Shown: in pieces, positions 9,785 through 21,600 of the stretch
How the letters are laid out: every line of letters starts with the position of its first letter
How positions within the stretch are numbered: position 1 is the first letter of the stretch
Assembly (NCBI GenBank): GCA_010909165.1
Contig: MU008181.1
Coordinates: 124,001 to 188,000 of the forward strand
DNA: 64,000 nucleotides
DNA from: Anthoceros angustus
Lineage: Eukaryota; Plantae; Anthocerotophyta
Reading direction: 5' to 3'
Made by a program: the position numbers and the translations under genes
The notes under the pieces: generated by a model
The model's input: the letters and a program-made list of their open reading frames with translations, nothing else
Told to the model about the DNA's origin: nothing
Databases searched by the model: none

Positions 9785-12700
9785 TTATACATGTCTGCTG
9801 GTGATGAGTCCAGGTCCGGATGTGGCACACATCGTGCTTTCTCCGTTTTGAGTCATAGTTGTTTCAAGTTTGGTTGACTCTGGGCAATCCTCATCACCAA
9901 CCAGAAAGCTATGCACCAGCCCGTCCATGTCTGTCCACCAGCTCTGCCCCGGCTGCTTCCATGCCCTGGTTTTCTTTCTCCTGGCCTGCATCTGCTGTGC
10001 CTGCTCCCACATCTGAGCCCCTGTGTATATGTTGGACATCAAGACAAATGCTGCGGCATCTTTCTGGTCTAACTTCATTGCTTCGTCAAAAGCATGACGT
10101 CCGACCTCCACGTTGCCCCACTTCCGGCAAGTACTCATGAGAGTGTGCCAAACTGCAGCATCACGTGTCACAGGCGTTGTCCTTACTAAGGAGAGTGCCT
10201 CATCCAGGTATCCTGCACGACCCAGGACATCCACCATGCACGTGAGGTGGTGAGCCGTGGGAGTGATGCCGTAGTCTTTGCTCATGGCCTCAAAATACTC
10301 GAGCCCCTTGTCCACTAGCCCCGCATGACTGCATACTGTAAGGACACTGAGGAATGTGATGCCGACTGGCCGTATGCCATCATTCTGCATTTTCTGGATC
10401 AAGGCAAAGACCATTTCACTGTCTCCTTGACTGGTGTAGCCTGCAATCAGCGCATTCCAGGCGACGATGTCTTTTTCGTGCAGCGCATCAAACACCTGCT
10501 GTGCATCAACCATGCTCCCAGACTTGCCATACATGTTTATCAAACTGCCAGCTACAACCACATCAGCAAGCAGCCCATTTTCTTCAATCTGGGCATGCAG
10601 CTGCCTTCCCAGGTTCAAAGCTGCCACATTTGCACAAGCCTGTAGGAGGCACACAAAGGTCACCGAATCAGGTGCAGCCATGCAGCCTTCTTGCATAGCA
10701 GAGTAGAGCCGAAGGGCTTCCTGCCCCATGCCCTGCTGGGAATATCCCGCTATCATGGCATTCCACGTCGCAACATCCTTCTGACCCAGGCGGTCAAAGA
10801 CGCTGTGAGCATCTTTCAAGCTGCCACACTTCACATACATATTTACCAAACTGCTGGCTACAAACACATCAGATTCATGTCCTTGTTCTCTGATCTGCAT
10901 ATGAAGCTCCTTTCCCTTCTCCAGAGCTCGGGTGCCCACACTTGCACATGCCTGCAGGAGGCACACAAATGTCACGGAATTGGGTATATCCATGCCTTCT
11001 TCTTGCATAATGCCGAAGAGACGAAGGGCTTCCTGCCCCATGCCCTGTTGCGAGTACCCTGCAATAAGAGCAGTCCACGTCACCAGATCCTGTCGATTGA
11101 TGCCGTCGAACACACTCTGAGCATCTTCCAGGCTGCCACACTTTGCATACATGTTCACCAAGCTGCTGGCTACAAACTCATCACCTTCATGTCCTGATTC
11201 TCTCAGTTCTGAATGAAGCTGCTTTCCCATCTCCAAAGCTGGGGGGCCCACACTTGCACAGGCCTGGAGCAGGCACACAAATGTCACAGAATTCGGTACA
11301 GCGATGCCTTCGTCTTGCATGATACTGTAGAGACGAAGGGCTTCTTGCCCCATGCCCTGGTGCAAATACCCTGAAATAAGAGCAGTCCACGTCACCACAT
11401 CCTTCTGATCAAGACTGTCAAACACTTGCTGAGCGTCTTGTAGACTGCCACACTTTGTGTACATGTTTACCAAACTGTTGGCTACATACACGTCAGCTTG
11501 ATGTCCTCCTTCTTTGATTTCTGCATGAAGCTGCCTCCCCTTCTCCAAAGCTGGGGTGCCCACACTTGCACATGCCTGCAGGAGACTTGCGATTGTCACA
11601 GCATCAGGGATGGTGACGCCTTCTCCTTGCATGATACTGTAGAGACGAAGGGCTTCCAACCCCATGCCCTGCTGGGAATATCCTCCTATCAGGGCATTCC
11701 ATGTCACCACATTCTTTTGACTAAGGCTGTCAAACACTCTCTGAGCATCTTCTAAACTACCACACTTTGCATACATGTTCACCAAACTATTGGCAACAAC
11801 CGCCTCAGCTTGAAGCCCCTGTTCTCTAATACGCCGATCAAGCTGCTCCCCCGTCTCCAGAGCTTGGGGACCCACACTTGCACATGCCTGCAGGAGGCAG
11901 GTAAACGTCACAGAATTGGGTACAACGATGCCCTCTTCTTGCATAAGGCTGTAGACACGAAGGGCTTCCTGCCCCTTGCCCAGCTGGGAATACCCTGCAA
12001 TAAGGGCAGTCCACGTCACCTCATCCTTCCGACCAAGTCCGTCAAAAACTCTCTGAGCATCATCCAAACTACCACACTTTGCATACATGTTTACCAAACT
12101 GCTAGCTACAAACTCATCTGCTTGAAGTCCTCGTTCTCTAATTTGTGCATGAAGCTCCTTTCCCATCTCCAAAGCCGCGGTCCCCACACTTGCACATCCC
12201 TGCAGGAGGCACACAAATGTCACAGAAGTGGGCACAGCGATGCCCTCATCTTGCATTACACTGTAGAGAGACAGAGCTTCCTGCCCCATGCCCTGCTGGG
12301 AATACCCTGCAATTAGAGCAGTCCAGGTCACCACCTCCTTCCCACTAAGTCCGTCAAACACTCTCTGAGCGTCTTCCAAGCTCCCACACTTTGCATACAT
12401 GTTCACCAAACTGCTGCCTACAAACACATCAGCTTCATGTCCTGCTTCTCTAAGCTCAGCATGAAGCAGCTTTCCCATCTGCAAAGCTGGGGTGCCCACA
12501 CCTGCACATGCCTGCAGCAGGCACACAAAGGTCACAGAATTCGGTACAGCGATCCCTTCCTCATGCATGACACTGTAGAGACGAAGAGCTTCCTGCCCCA
12601 TGCCCTGCTGAGCATACCCTGCAATCAGAGCAGTCCATGTTACCACATCCTTCTTACCAAGCCCGTCAAACACTCTCTGAGCATCTTCCAAACTGCCACA

Positions 12701-13360
12701 CTTGGCGTACATGTTCACCAAGGCGTTACACACAAACAAATCAGACCCAACCGCACTGGCCAGCACGTGAGCATGCACCTGTTGCCCACTTTTCAAGTCT
12801 GACCCCCTTGCACAAGCCTGGAGGGCTGCCACAAATACATGGCCATCTGGCTTCACACTTGACCCGCGCATCCGATGATACAATTCTACAGCCAGAGTTT
12901 CTTGTCCGTGTTTAACATGCGCAGAAATTATGGCAGACCATGTGAAGGCATCGGGTTGAGCAACCGCTGAGAACACATCCATTGCATCTTTCAAACTCCC
13001 ATGAGAAGCATACATCCGCAGAACGTGGTTGCCCAAGAACGTATCTGTCTGAAACCCCTGCTTCACCATGAAAGCATGGACGCGACGACCCAGAACAATA
13101 TCCTTCTTGCCTACACATTTCCTCAGAACCGTATAAAAAACAGGTCCGGTAACACAAGTGTCCGTCTGCACCAGAACTCCCAGTGCCTCTACAGCCTCAG
13201 TAAGCCGGCCCTCATGACACAGCTTGCTCACGGTTCCCCCACTCACGCCCCAATCAGCCCTGCCATGCTCCAGACAGCCATTGCTCACAGAAGCATGCTC
13301 TGAGCCTACAGATGCAAGAACCCGTCGCTGAACGCTAACTCTGAACAAGCATGCCTCCAT
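9785..13360 (-). CDS. PLS-class pentatricopeptide repeat protein, organellar RNA-editing factor type, with E1/E2 and a truncated WW-type DYW start
   Basis: Uninterrupted ORF; first in-frame ATG at 13360 (the track starts at GTG 13399). It has about 29 P/L/S motifs (nine MYAKCG-type S motifs), P2-L2-S2, E1 (AAVWHTLMSTCRKWG), E2 and PGQSWWTDMDGLVHSFLVGD, then a stop before any HxE/CxxC motif. Confidence 0.95.
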   Translation of the reverse strand: MEACLFRVSVQRRVLASVGSEHASVSNGCLEHGRADWGVSGGTVSKLCHEGRLTEAVEALGVLVQTDTCVTGPVFYTVLRKCVGKKDIVLGRRVHAFMVKQGFQTDTFLGNHVLRMYASHGSLKDAMDVFSAVAQPDAFTWSAIISAHVKHGQETLAVELYHRMRGSSVKPDGHVFVAALQACARGSDLKSGQQVHAHVLASAVGSDLFVCNALVNMYAKCGSLEDAQRVFDGLGKKDVVTWTALIAGYAQQGMGQEALRLYSVMHEEGIAVPNSVTFVCLLQACAGVGTPALQMGKLLHAELREAGHEADVFVGSSLVNMYAKCGSLEDAQRVFDGLSGKEVVTWTALIAGYSQQGMGQEALSLYSVMQDEGIAVPTSVTFVCLLQGCASVGTAALEMGKELHAQIRERGLQADEFVASSLVNMYAKCGSLDDAQRVFDGLGRKDEVTWTALIAGYSQLGKGQEALRVYSLMQEEGIVVPNSVTFTCLLQACASVGPQALETGEQLDRRIREQGLQAEAVVANSLVNMYAKCGSLEDAQRVFDSLSQKNVVTWNALIGGYSQQGMGLEALRLYSIMQGEGVTIPDAVTIASLLQACASVGTPALEKGRQLHAEIKEGGHQADVYVANSLVNMYTKCGSLQDAQQVFDSLDQKDVVTWTALISGYLHQGMGQEALRLYSIMQDEGIAVPNSVTFVCLLQACASVGPPALEMGKQLHSELRESGHEGDEFVASSLVNMYAKCGSLEDAQSVFDGINRQDLVTWTALIAGYSQQGMGQEALRLFGIMQEEGMDIPNSVTFVCLLQACASVGTRALEKGKELHMQIREQGHESDVFVASSLVNMYVKCGSLKDAHSVFDRLGQKDVATWNAMIAGYSQQGMGQEALRLYSAMQEGCMAAPDSVTFVCLLQACANVAALNLGRQLHAQIEENGLLADVVVAGSLINMYGKSGSMVDAQQVFDALHEKDIVAWNALIAGYTSQGDSEMVFALIQKMQNDGIRPVGITFLSVLTVCSHAGLVDKGLEYFEAMSKDYGITPTAHHLTCMVDVLGRAGYLDEALSLVRTTPVTRDAAVWHTLMSTCRKWGNVEVGRHAFDEAMKLDQKDAAAFVLMSNIYTGAQMWEQAQQMQARRKKTRAWKQPGQSWWTDMDGLVHSFLVGDEDCPESTKLETTMTQNGESTMCATSGPGLITSRHV

Positions 13361-13829
13361 GAACAACCTACCGTGCAGGGAGAGACCATCTGTCAACACG
13401 AACTACCTTGGGCTTGGAAGAACTGCAGAGGCAGTTTTCTACAGCCCCGTTGAGAAGATGGATTGCTCAAGGGTTCATGAAAACCAAATGCTTTCATCTA
13501 CACTACAAGTGGTGAATTGCTGGTTGAACAACCTACGACATCCCAAAATGCTCAGACGGCCTTACACAACCAGTTTCGCATGACCAAAGTCTCCAGCTCT
13601 GCACGAGAAGGGTTCAGTGCCGCCAGAGATGGGCATGGAGCATTATGACTTTTAGCCGATTGATTTGCTCCTCCTTTGAACAATAAGTATATGCTCGCCT
13701 TCAACCATCACTCCTTCCACGACGTGATTATACTACTTGAACAACGTCATTACATCAAAAGGCAGGACCAAATGGCCCTTCAAGGTTCCTCTAGTAGGAA
13801 GAAGAGCGCATAAAAGAGGAGAGGCTCCC

Positions 13830-13900
13830 GAGCCCACCATAACCGTATACTGTGCGTACACTGAGGAACGTGATGCCGACTGGCCGTATGCCATCGTCGT
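13830..13900 (-). pseudogene. Isolated PPR L2-motif relic
   Basis: Reads DDGIRPVGITFLSVRTVYGYGGL and closely matches NDGIRPVGITFLSVLTVCSHAGL at ~10320-10385 at the DNA level. Confidence 0.7.
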
Positions 13901-14088
13901 ATTTTTTTCTTATAAATGTGTGTCCATTTGGCCAAAGCCCATTTTGGCCTAAGCCATTCGGACACACATAGGATCTGAAGTAACTGACGGTCAGTCATAA
14001 TTAATAATTTATCATTAGGTATTTTCTCCCCTATTTAATGGCTTAGGATTGAGGTTTTTCCATATGTAAGCGGCGGCGGCAACGGACC

Positions 14089-16161
14089 ATGTTCGAAACG
14101 GAGGAGGAGGCAGACAACGTCCGAATGGAGGAGGCGACGGACCATGTGCGGATGGAGGAGGTCGGGACAGAGGAGGTCACGAACCGTGTCCAAATAGAGG
14201 AGCGGCCAGTGGTAGGGATTTCTTTCGGTGCGGAATGCTGCACGTTGTGTTGCTGCTGGCGCGAGGATGTGAACCGTCCACTTTGGCAGTACACACATTG
14301 GAAATTTCCTATCGGTCTCTACTACTTCAAGAGGAAGAATAAGCTGAAGGCTGCACACTGGGGCTTTAGAGCGGAGCAATTGGGAGCAGGATTTACAGCG
14401 GAGCAATTGGGAGCTTGCTTGACAGCGGAGCTACTGGCAGCAGAGGAATCGACATCGGGAGACGGATCGACGTGGAGAGGAGCATCAGGAGCAAGGGTAT
14501 CCACGTCGGGTCCAGCACCGTCGACGTCGTCAGGAGTAGTACAACAGACGTCGGGCGAAGAGAATGGCATTTATGTGGCCAAATTTTGGGGACATTTTGG
14601 TTCAAGTAAGGCCTCGGCCCTAGGCTGGTGGAGGGGAGAGCAGAAATTTTCACTTCCAGGGCACATTCCGGAAGATTTGTCCCGGGCCACTGCTATGACT
14701 GACTACTTAAGCAAGCTGTCTAACTTCGTTCTTGGTTTTCTAAGGGTGGGATACAGGAAGATTGACATGACGATGAGGAATATCCAGTGGTGTCTGGCTG
14801 TGCCAAGGATTTGGGATGATTCCTTCATCCAAACCTTGCGCGAGTGCTTGGGGAGGGCGGGCATGGTGGCAGGTCTCCTTTGCCCGCCACAAGCTGCGTT
14901 AACAGCAAGTTCCCATCCTCCGCTCTTTGTCCTGGAGTGGGAAGCTGCAGCGTTGGTTGGCTTTCAGGAGTTCAGCGCGGAGGAGGGATCTACGGTGGTA
15001 GTGGTAGATATTCGGAGTGAGTTTACGAATATTGTCCTTTTGCAGAAGTATGAAGCAGCCTTCGCTGTTGTGGAAGGACGCACGGTAGACGGTGCTGGTT
15101 GTTGTCTCAATGATCTGGACAAGAGGTTCTATGACATGCTGCGGGAAAAGATTGGATGCTTCGATGAGCTGGAGCGGCAGAACCCTGCCCTCAGGGCTAT
15201 CATGCACAAAAAATGGCAAGGATTTAGTGGTAATCACTGGAACGAGTTTGCAAACGAAACCGACTTCCAGTTGCCTGAACTCTTCCAAACTGCTTGGAAG
15301 AAGTACAACCGGGACCGTGGTGATGTGAAAGATCCCATTATCCCGGAAGTCCATTTAGACTGGGCGAAGATATGCGGTCCACTTGCAGACAAAATCATCC
15401 AGCTGGTCGAAGAGCACCTATTAGAATGGCCAGACGTAAAGGGACTGTCCCTGGTGGGTGAACCCCTAATTCCGGGATACTTGGGACAGAGGATGAGGGC
15501 AGCCTTTGGAACCAGGTTTGCTGACGGCATGAGGATTCCGTCCAATCCCAGCAGCGCAATATGCCATGGAGCTGTTATGTTTGGGTCATCTTCTGCCTTG
15601 CAATTGTCCCGAAGGTCTGCCGAGTCGGGTCGTGATAGACGATGCTCCATCTATATTAACAATCCCTGGGAGCTGTTTCTTCAAAAGCACTTATCTGACT
15701 GGGATGAAAGTTTCAGGTCGTGTCTCGAGGCTATCACCGTGACTTGTTCCAGCAGTATGAATCTTCCGGATACGTCACAGGCACAAGTAGTTTTGGATTT
15801 CATCAATGAAACGTATGACCACAGCTTGCGACACTCTAAACTTCTCATGAAGACGGGGGTGGAGTTTCAAGCTCGTCTTGTAGATGCAGCTAAAAGTGAG
15901 GCGAGTTTGGCTCGAGACGAGGCGCGATTGGCTCGAGATGAGGCGCGTTTGGCTCGAGATGAGGCGCGTTTGGCTCGTTTGGCTCGTTCTATAGATGCAG
16001 AGCAGGCGCTATGCCAAATCTGTCACGACAGACGTCGTGATGTCATGATTCGTCCATGCGGTCATGCTCAGTATTGTCAAGCTTGTATACAAAAGCTTGA
16101 GAGGAAAAGATGCCCATCTTGCAGACTTTGGATCGAGGAGCTTTGTCCCTTCTTTAGTTAA
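14089..16161 (+). CDS. Intronless HSP70/actin-fold (HSPA12-like) protein with degenerate nucleotide-binding motifs and a C-terminal C3HC4 RING finger
   Basis: 690-aa ORF. HSPA12-like blocks: VVGISFG, WCLAVPRIWDD, VLEWEAAAL, VVVDIRSEFTNI, LDKRFYDMLREKIG. These are followed by (EARLARD)n and the RING CQIC-x11-CGH-x3-CQAC-x8-CPSC. Confidence 0.85.
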   Translation: MFETEEEADNVRMEEATDHVRMEEVGTEEVTNRVQIEERPVVGISFGAECCTLCCCWREDVNRPLWQYTHWKFPIGLYYFKRKNKLKAAHWGFRAEQLGAGFTAEQLGACLTAELLAAEESTSGDGSTWRGASGARVSTSGPAPSTSSGVVQQTSGEENGIYVAKFWGHFGSSKASALGWWRGEQKFSLPGHIPEDLSRATAMTDYLSKLSNFVLGFLRVGYRKIDMTMRNIQWCLAVPRIWDDSFIQTLRECLGRAGMVAGLLCPPQAALTASSHPPLFVLEWEAAALVGFQEFSAEEGSTVVVVDIRSEFTNIVLLQKYEAAFAVVEGRTVDGAGCCLNDLDKRFYDMLREKIGCFDELERQNPALRAIMHKKWQGFSGNHWNEFANETDFQLPELFQTAWKKYNRDRGDVKDPIIPEVHLDWAKICGPLADKIIQLVEEHLLEWPDVKGLSLVGEPLIPGYLGQRMRAAFGTRFADGMRIPSNPSSAICHGAVMFGSSSALQLSRRSAESGRDRRCSIYINNPWELFLQKHLSDWDESFRSCLEAITVTCSSSMNLPDTSQAQVVLDFINETYDHSLRHSKLLMKTGVEFQARLVDAAKSEASLARDEARLARDEARLARDEARLARLARSIDAEQALCQICHDRRRDVMIRPCGHAQYCQACIQKLERKRCPSCRLWIEELCPFFS

Positions 16162-18685
16162 CTTCCTTCTGAACATCTTAGTGGATGAACATCGTTCTGC
16201 GTGCAGGTTGTCCGCCTGATGGCTGAGCTGCAAGATTCGGAGAGATACCAGCAGCACCAGAACTATTTATTAGCTTGTGTTGTATCAGAGCGGGCTTGTG
16301 GAAAATCTGTCGATGGAGAATCTATCTTCATGTTCTTGAGTCTGGTTCTTCCCAGGGTTATCAGTCGGTCCCCTCTTGCATCCATCGCTTTTCAAGAGAA
16401 CAGCTCCGTGCTTTGCGACGATCACAGTGTGATGTAAAATTATGTAACCTAAATTCACGGGATTGCTCTTGACGTCTGGTCTCTGGATTCGTGTCATTCA
16501 CCGTGCTAGATATCGGAGTTGGTGCACGGACCCTTATCATTGATTGCGCTGACAAGGAGTTGGATGTGGTTGAGATGGCAGTTCACGCTAATGTGGTCCG
16601 ACTCGGAAATGGCTATTTGCCCGGCCGTGGTGAGCTTGCTTTGCTTCAGTTTTTGCTTTTATTGTTTGTTGTTGTTGTGATTTCAGTTCGTAAACCAGTC
16701 ACCCAGCCGCTGCCTTCCTGTCCAGATATCCGAGCAGGGGCAAGGACGCGTTGGCGGCACCGCATCTCTATCCTCGACCCAATGACGTTCCTTACAAGGC
16801 ATATACGATGGCCCGAATATTCCTTTCCTTTTGGTGGTGAATGCCAACGGACTGCAGTGCTCATCAAACTGCCTCAGCTCACACTGCCCGCACTCACGCA
16901 AGATGCGGAGCGTGAAACGGAGAAAGTCATCTGATTCATGTCTGAACCAACTTCCGTACGCGGTTACCATTGTGATCCGTGACTCCTGACAGCAAATTGC
17001 TGGAAGGTGTCATCCATTCGGTTCCGGATCCGATCTGAGAGGTGGCTAATCACAAATGTGTGGTGACTCCTTGAAATCTTTTCTCCTGAACGATTTCTCC
17101 TGACTTAAGAAAGATCGGAATAGAGAAAGCGTCATCTGGTACATCATACCGCGCAGGGCAAGGCCTAGCTGTACATCGCGCAGTGTCAGGCCTGCTTTCG
17201 GAGGGTTTGTCCAGGAAGCCTTAGCGTCGGTGCTTCGCAGGGATGTGCGCAGCGGCACGCTGGATCCCCTGGATCACATTGGACGACAACAACGTTCGCA
17301 CCGTCCATCTATCTACGTTGTACGGGCTACAGAAAACAACCCGAATAATTTGCTTGACATACAAGGTAGCATGACGTCACCTTGTCCTTCATTTCTCGTA
17401 CGCTGGCCTGCTGAGATCGAAAAGGCTGGCCAGCTGCCATCGTCCTTGGGCGGGATAACACGAGCCTGTGGCCGCCAGGTTTGTTATGCACCGTGGAATG
17501 GAGAATTTTTCTCGAGAGCATTTTTGAACGGCATTTCACGGAGCTGAAAGAGCAGACAGGATGGCGTCCCAGTCTGCTGTTTTGTCTCAGGTCTGAAATT
17601 GCCCTGGCGCATGGATTCCTGACTTGCAAAATCGGCTGCTGGCAGGGAGTCTGGCAGTTGAACCATCCGACGTGCTTCCGCCACACACTTGCTCCTGGAA
17701 GCAGAAAAGAGTTCGGGAGGGCGAATTGTACGGCAGGTGGGTGAGCCGTCCGTCCTGCCCAAACAGTAGTGTGTCATGACACCTTGCCCATCCTGGTCCC
17801 CAGTCCCCGACGACGCCCGCCGTCGCTAGGTGCCTGTCGCCTGCTTGGTGCCACAATCTCTTTGAATGTGACAGATTGATCTGCTAAGCAGATCTTCGCT
17901 GTAGTGTGGAGAGACGACCATCCTTGGGCTGCTTGTCCCAGCGATTTGGAGTCCAGCTGCCTCACAACATTTCCTGCACGGCTTCAAAGAGAGTTGAAGT
18001 TCAGAGAGGAATTGCAACACTCAAGTCACATTGCAGTGAAGTTCAAAACGCAGCGTCTGTTTGCATACTCGAAAGAAGCCCGCATGCTCCTCCTCCGCGA
18101 CCTGGGTGGATCACCGGCTCTATTGCTCCGGGCCGCCTTCCATCCATCCCTTCACAGCTGTAACGGCCCGCGTCCCTTCCCGTCCCGTTCCGTCCCGTCC
18201 CGTTCCGGGCCGCAGGAGCAATGTCTCCCCGACGAGGGACGAGGGAAGAGGGCGCACTCTGTCGCCAGATCGCGCGCGCTGGCGAACTTGAAACGCATTT
18301 GTGAAGACGTCTGAGTTAGGGCAAGACTAGGGCCAACAGGTTCGTTTCCCGCCTTCCCTCCTTCGCGAATTGCATGCCTGAGTCAGGCACCCGCAACAGG
18401 ACATAGTAGACTAGACTAGCGCTCGGATCGTATGCGCACGACACCGTTTCCTCGACTCGTCCACGAAAAAATTCATGGACAGTAGCTCGACAACCAACCG
18501 TAGCTGAAGTTGAAGCTGGTGCTGTCGTGAAGCTGAGGAGATTCGTCGCTTGGCTCCTAGCAAGGTTTCTCTGCAATGTGTTGCACTTGCTGGGCACCGA
18601 ATTCTGGCCTGCTGCTAGAGTTCTGGATTGCATCGACCTGCTCGTCGGGGGTGTAGCACATTCTGTGTGCACTGGACGTCACACT

Positions 18686-21600
18686 ATGGCGAGCGTTGCA
18701 CGAGCAATTGAGCAGGCGGCTACGCGCAAAGTAGATGCTGACCTGTGGTGGGATTCCTTCGAATCGCTCTTCCACAGTTTGGACAAAATTGGAGCTGCAC
18801 AGAGCACTGGGGTACCTGAAAACGAGGGCTCTGGTGAAGCAAGCAGCGCACAGTCTGGGGTCCTGGATGCACTGGTACGCGCCGCGCCGTGTTATGTATC
18901 GGAGCTTATGATTTATGCTGCGAGAACCGGAAAGCCCTGGGTTTTAGAATGACTGTTGTTTGCCGAATTGGTAGCCTCTCTGTGGGATTCAGTCGTGCGT
19001 GCATCTGTCGGATTCTCCGACAGTAATGCGCGGGATTGAGAGCCGTCATGCTTGCTTGGTGGCTTGCAGGTTAGTAGACTAGCTTCGCACCAGGAATGGC
19101 TTCTCAACAGTGTCGCTTGTTTCAAGCCTCCGAGCTGCACATCGGAATCAGCATTGAGCTCTGCCCAGATTGCGATTGGGGACCATACACTGGAAATCAA
19201 GCCGGAACGGAAAGCCGTGGCGCTGCAACTCAGCAAGCACCTGGTGTGTAGCGAAGTTGGTGCACTCAGGGCACGGGCGGTCCCTGCATTCATGGCTAAA
19301 TATTCGTGTGGCTGGGTCTGATCAGGTGCTGGACGAAGTACAGACATATTTATTGCTCAGCAGGGTTTTGGAGTCCACAACAGATGGAACAGTGACTGTA
19401 GGCAGTGAACTTCTCCATAATGTAAGGCTTCTGCCGTCTTTTTTAAAGCTGGCAGGCATGGGTCTCCTCCACTCCAGTCCTACTGTGTAGAGGCAAATTG
19501 TTGCAGTCTCGTGCATGTCCACGCAAGAGATACTCAAGGTCTTCAGGGTCGTGTGTGCAGGTTGAGATGTTCTATTTTCTGGAGAGACAATGTCTTCTGA
19601 AAAGTCTTCGACTTCTTCTAGCTTTCCAAAGTGAGTTTCTGCAGATCGTGCTTGGGTTGGGGTAATTTCCCACTATGTTGAGAAGAGTGGGTTCGGTCGC
19701 TTAAGTGAGAAAAGGCTCTTTCGTGGGCTGCAGTGGCTGAACTAGGAGTGAGGTCTAGCTTTTGTGGCGTTATAGACGAGGAAGTCAAGAAACTTCTCTC
19801 GAATGACCTTGAAGGGAAACTGATTGAGGTTCTGAAAGTACAGCTTTGTGCCGCACAGCCTCAGCATCTGGTATATATTCTGGACTACTTTGCTTTAGTT
19901 TGCAACAAAATGCAGGTAGACCTACATTTCTCCTGGGCCGATTGGAACTGGATAGTTGTGGGGTATTAAGTTACAGCATGATGGTTATCTGTTCAGGAAC
20001 GGGAGCATGCCGATCTATGGGCAGAAGAGATGGCCTTAGAACAAACACTTCTTTTGGACATACTTTTTCTACTGTACTATGAGCCTTTATGTTCCTGCAC
20101 AGCAAGGCGGTTGGAAGGGCTGCTTACCATCTTTCAGGTACCTCAGTTGACAGATCTGCGGACATTTGAAGTAGAATTCACACATATTGATATTCATAGA
20201 GCTGTATTTAAATACGTAACATTCCCCATTGGCAGGAATTTGTGTTTGAATCAACTGCTGGGGAGAGGTTGTCAGTCACACCTGAAGCAGAAAGACTAGT
20301 CAAGCATGTGAGACACCAAGCTCTTCTCATTCTGCTGGAAGCTCTCGATCTGGAGAATCTGCTTACGATGGTTCATGGTGAAGTTCCATACAGGTCTGAA
20401 ATTCGTAATCATCTGACACATGCTTCTTAATCAGTGTCTCATCAAGAGTTTCTCTTAATGTTGACCAAAACTTAGTATACTGGTTTTATGTTGCCCAGCC
20501 AAGGAGGGCACTCGATCACTGTTGAAGATCTTGGGCAGTTGGATTGCATAATGGCAGGCCTGGACTTTGCTAGCATCCCGGACTATGCACCTCTGTTGTT
20601 GGGATGGGGAACTTTTATCTGTCTCGTGACCATTTTACCAGAGACTGCTGGACAGTCACCAATCCCTGTAAGTATCCAACTTTTCTGTCTCCAGGCGTCC
20701 ACAACTACCACTTCTGCAGTCTTATTATGCCTCATGAGTGGGTTGTACTCTTTTGCAACATAGTTGTTGATGTCATCTTGTGTGTCTTGCAGGAGATAGA
20801 TCACACTCAGTATGTGCGGCAAGCCTACCAAGCTGGGAGTTACAACTTCTTATTGGAACTTCTTCAGAGTGAGCCATTGCAAGAATCAGATGTAAGATAT
20901 TACTTTAATTCCTTCCTCCTGAGGCTACTGTTTGAATCGATTATTGTGCTCAGTGTATGCAAGCTGCTGCCGTGTTTCAGATCCAAGGAAGTGGATATAA
21001 GAATGTGGTGAAAACCCTGATAGCTGCCCTCCTAGCAGCGTACGATTTTGCTGGCCAGGTGAGTAGAGATTGTCATTCTGCTGTGCCACAGTGAGGGTGT
21101 TTGATTTCCAGAGCAGATTGTCTGGGACCCACCAAAGATTCTGCACCTGTATTGAATGCACTAATGCACCTACATTTTCCACCCAGGTAGATTCTGATGG
21201 TTTTGATTCCCTAGTTGACATCCTATGTGAGGTCTATCGGGGTCAGGTCAGGATACTTGATTTCAGAGTGCTTATCGTGCTTGGATGTTACTTTCAAAAA
21301 AAGTCATAAAAGTCACAAAGTAACATGCAATGTCACAGGAGGCCTTGTGTCTTGAATTCTGGGACCGTGAAAGTGTGATTGATGGGCCCATCCGCAGTCT
21401 CCTGTTCTCTCTAAGAGAATATTTTCCATTCCGATCAGTTCCTCTTATTCGTCTACTTGCAGCCCAGTGTGAAGGAACCTGGCCAGCCGAATGTGTGTAA
21501 GTATGTACAACTTTTGCTGATTGGTTACTTGGAAAACTGCACTTCTGCCTCTTTTGTCATGCAGTTCTTCAATGTTGGAATGTCATCTTCTTCTTTAGGT

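Noticed and set aside
9859-13303. Many plus-strand ORFs antisense to the PPR gene (also at 48-55 kb)
   Set aside because: These are shadow frames of the repetitive PPR coding strand.
16200-18320. Multiple 60-150-aa ORFs on both strands between the RING gene and NUP188, plus a (CCCGT)n tract near 18170
   Set aside because: No family motif or consistent exon chain found; left unexplained rather than annotated.
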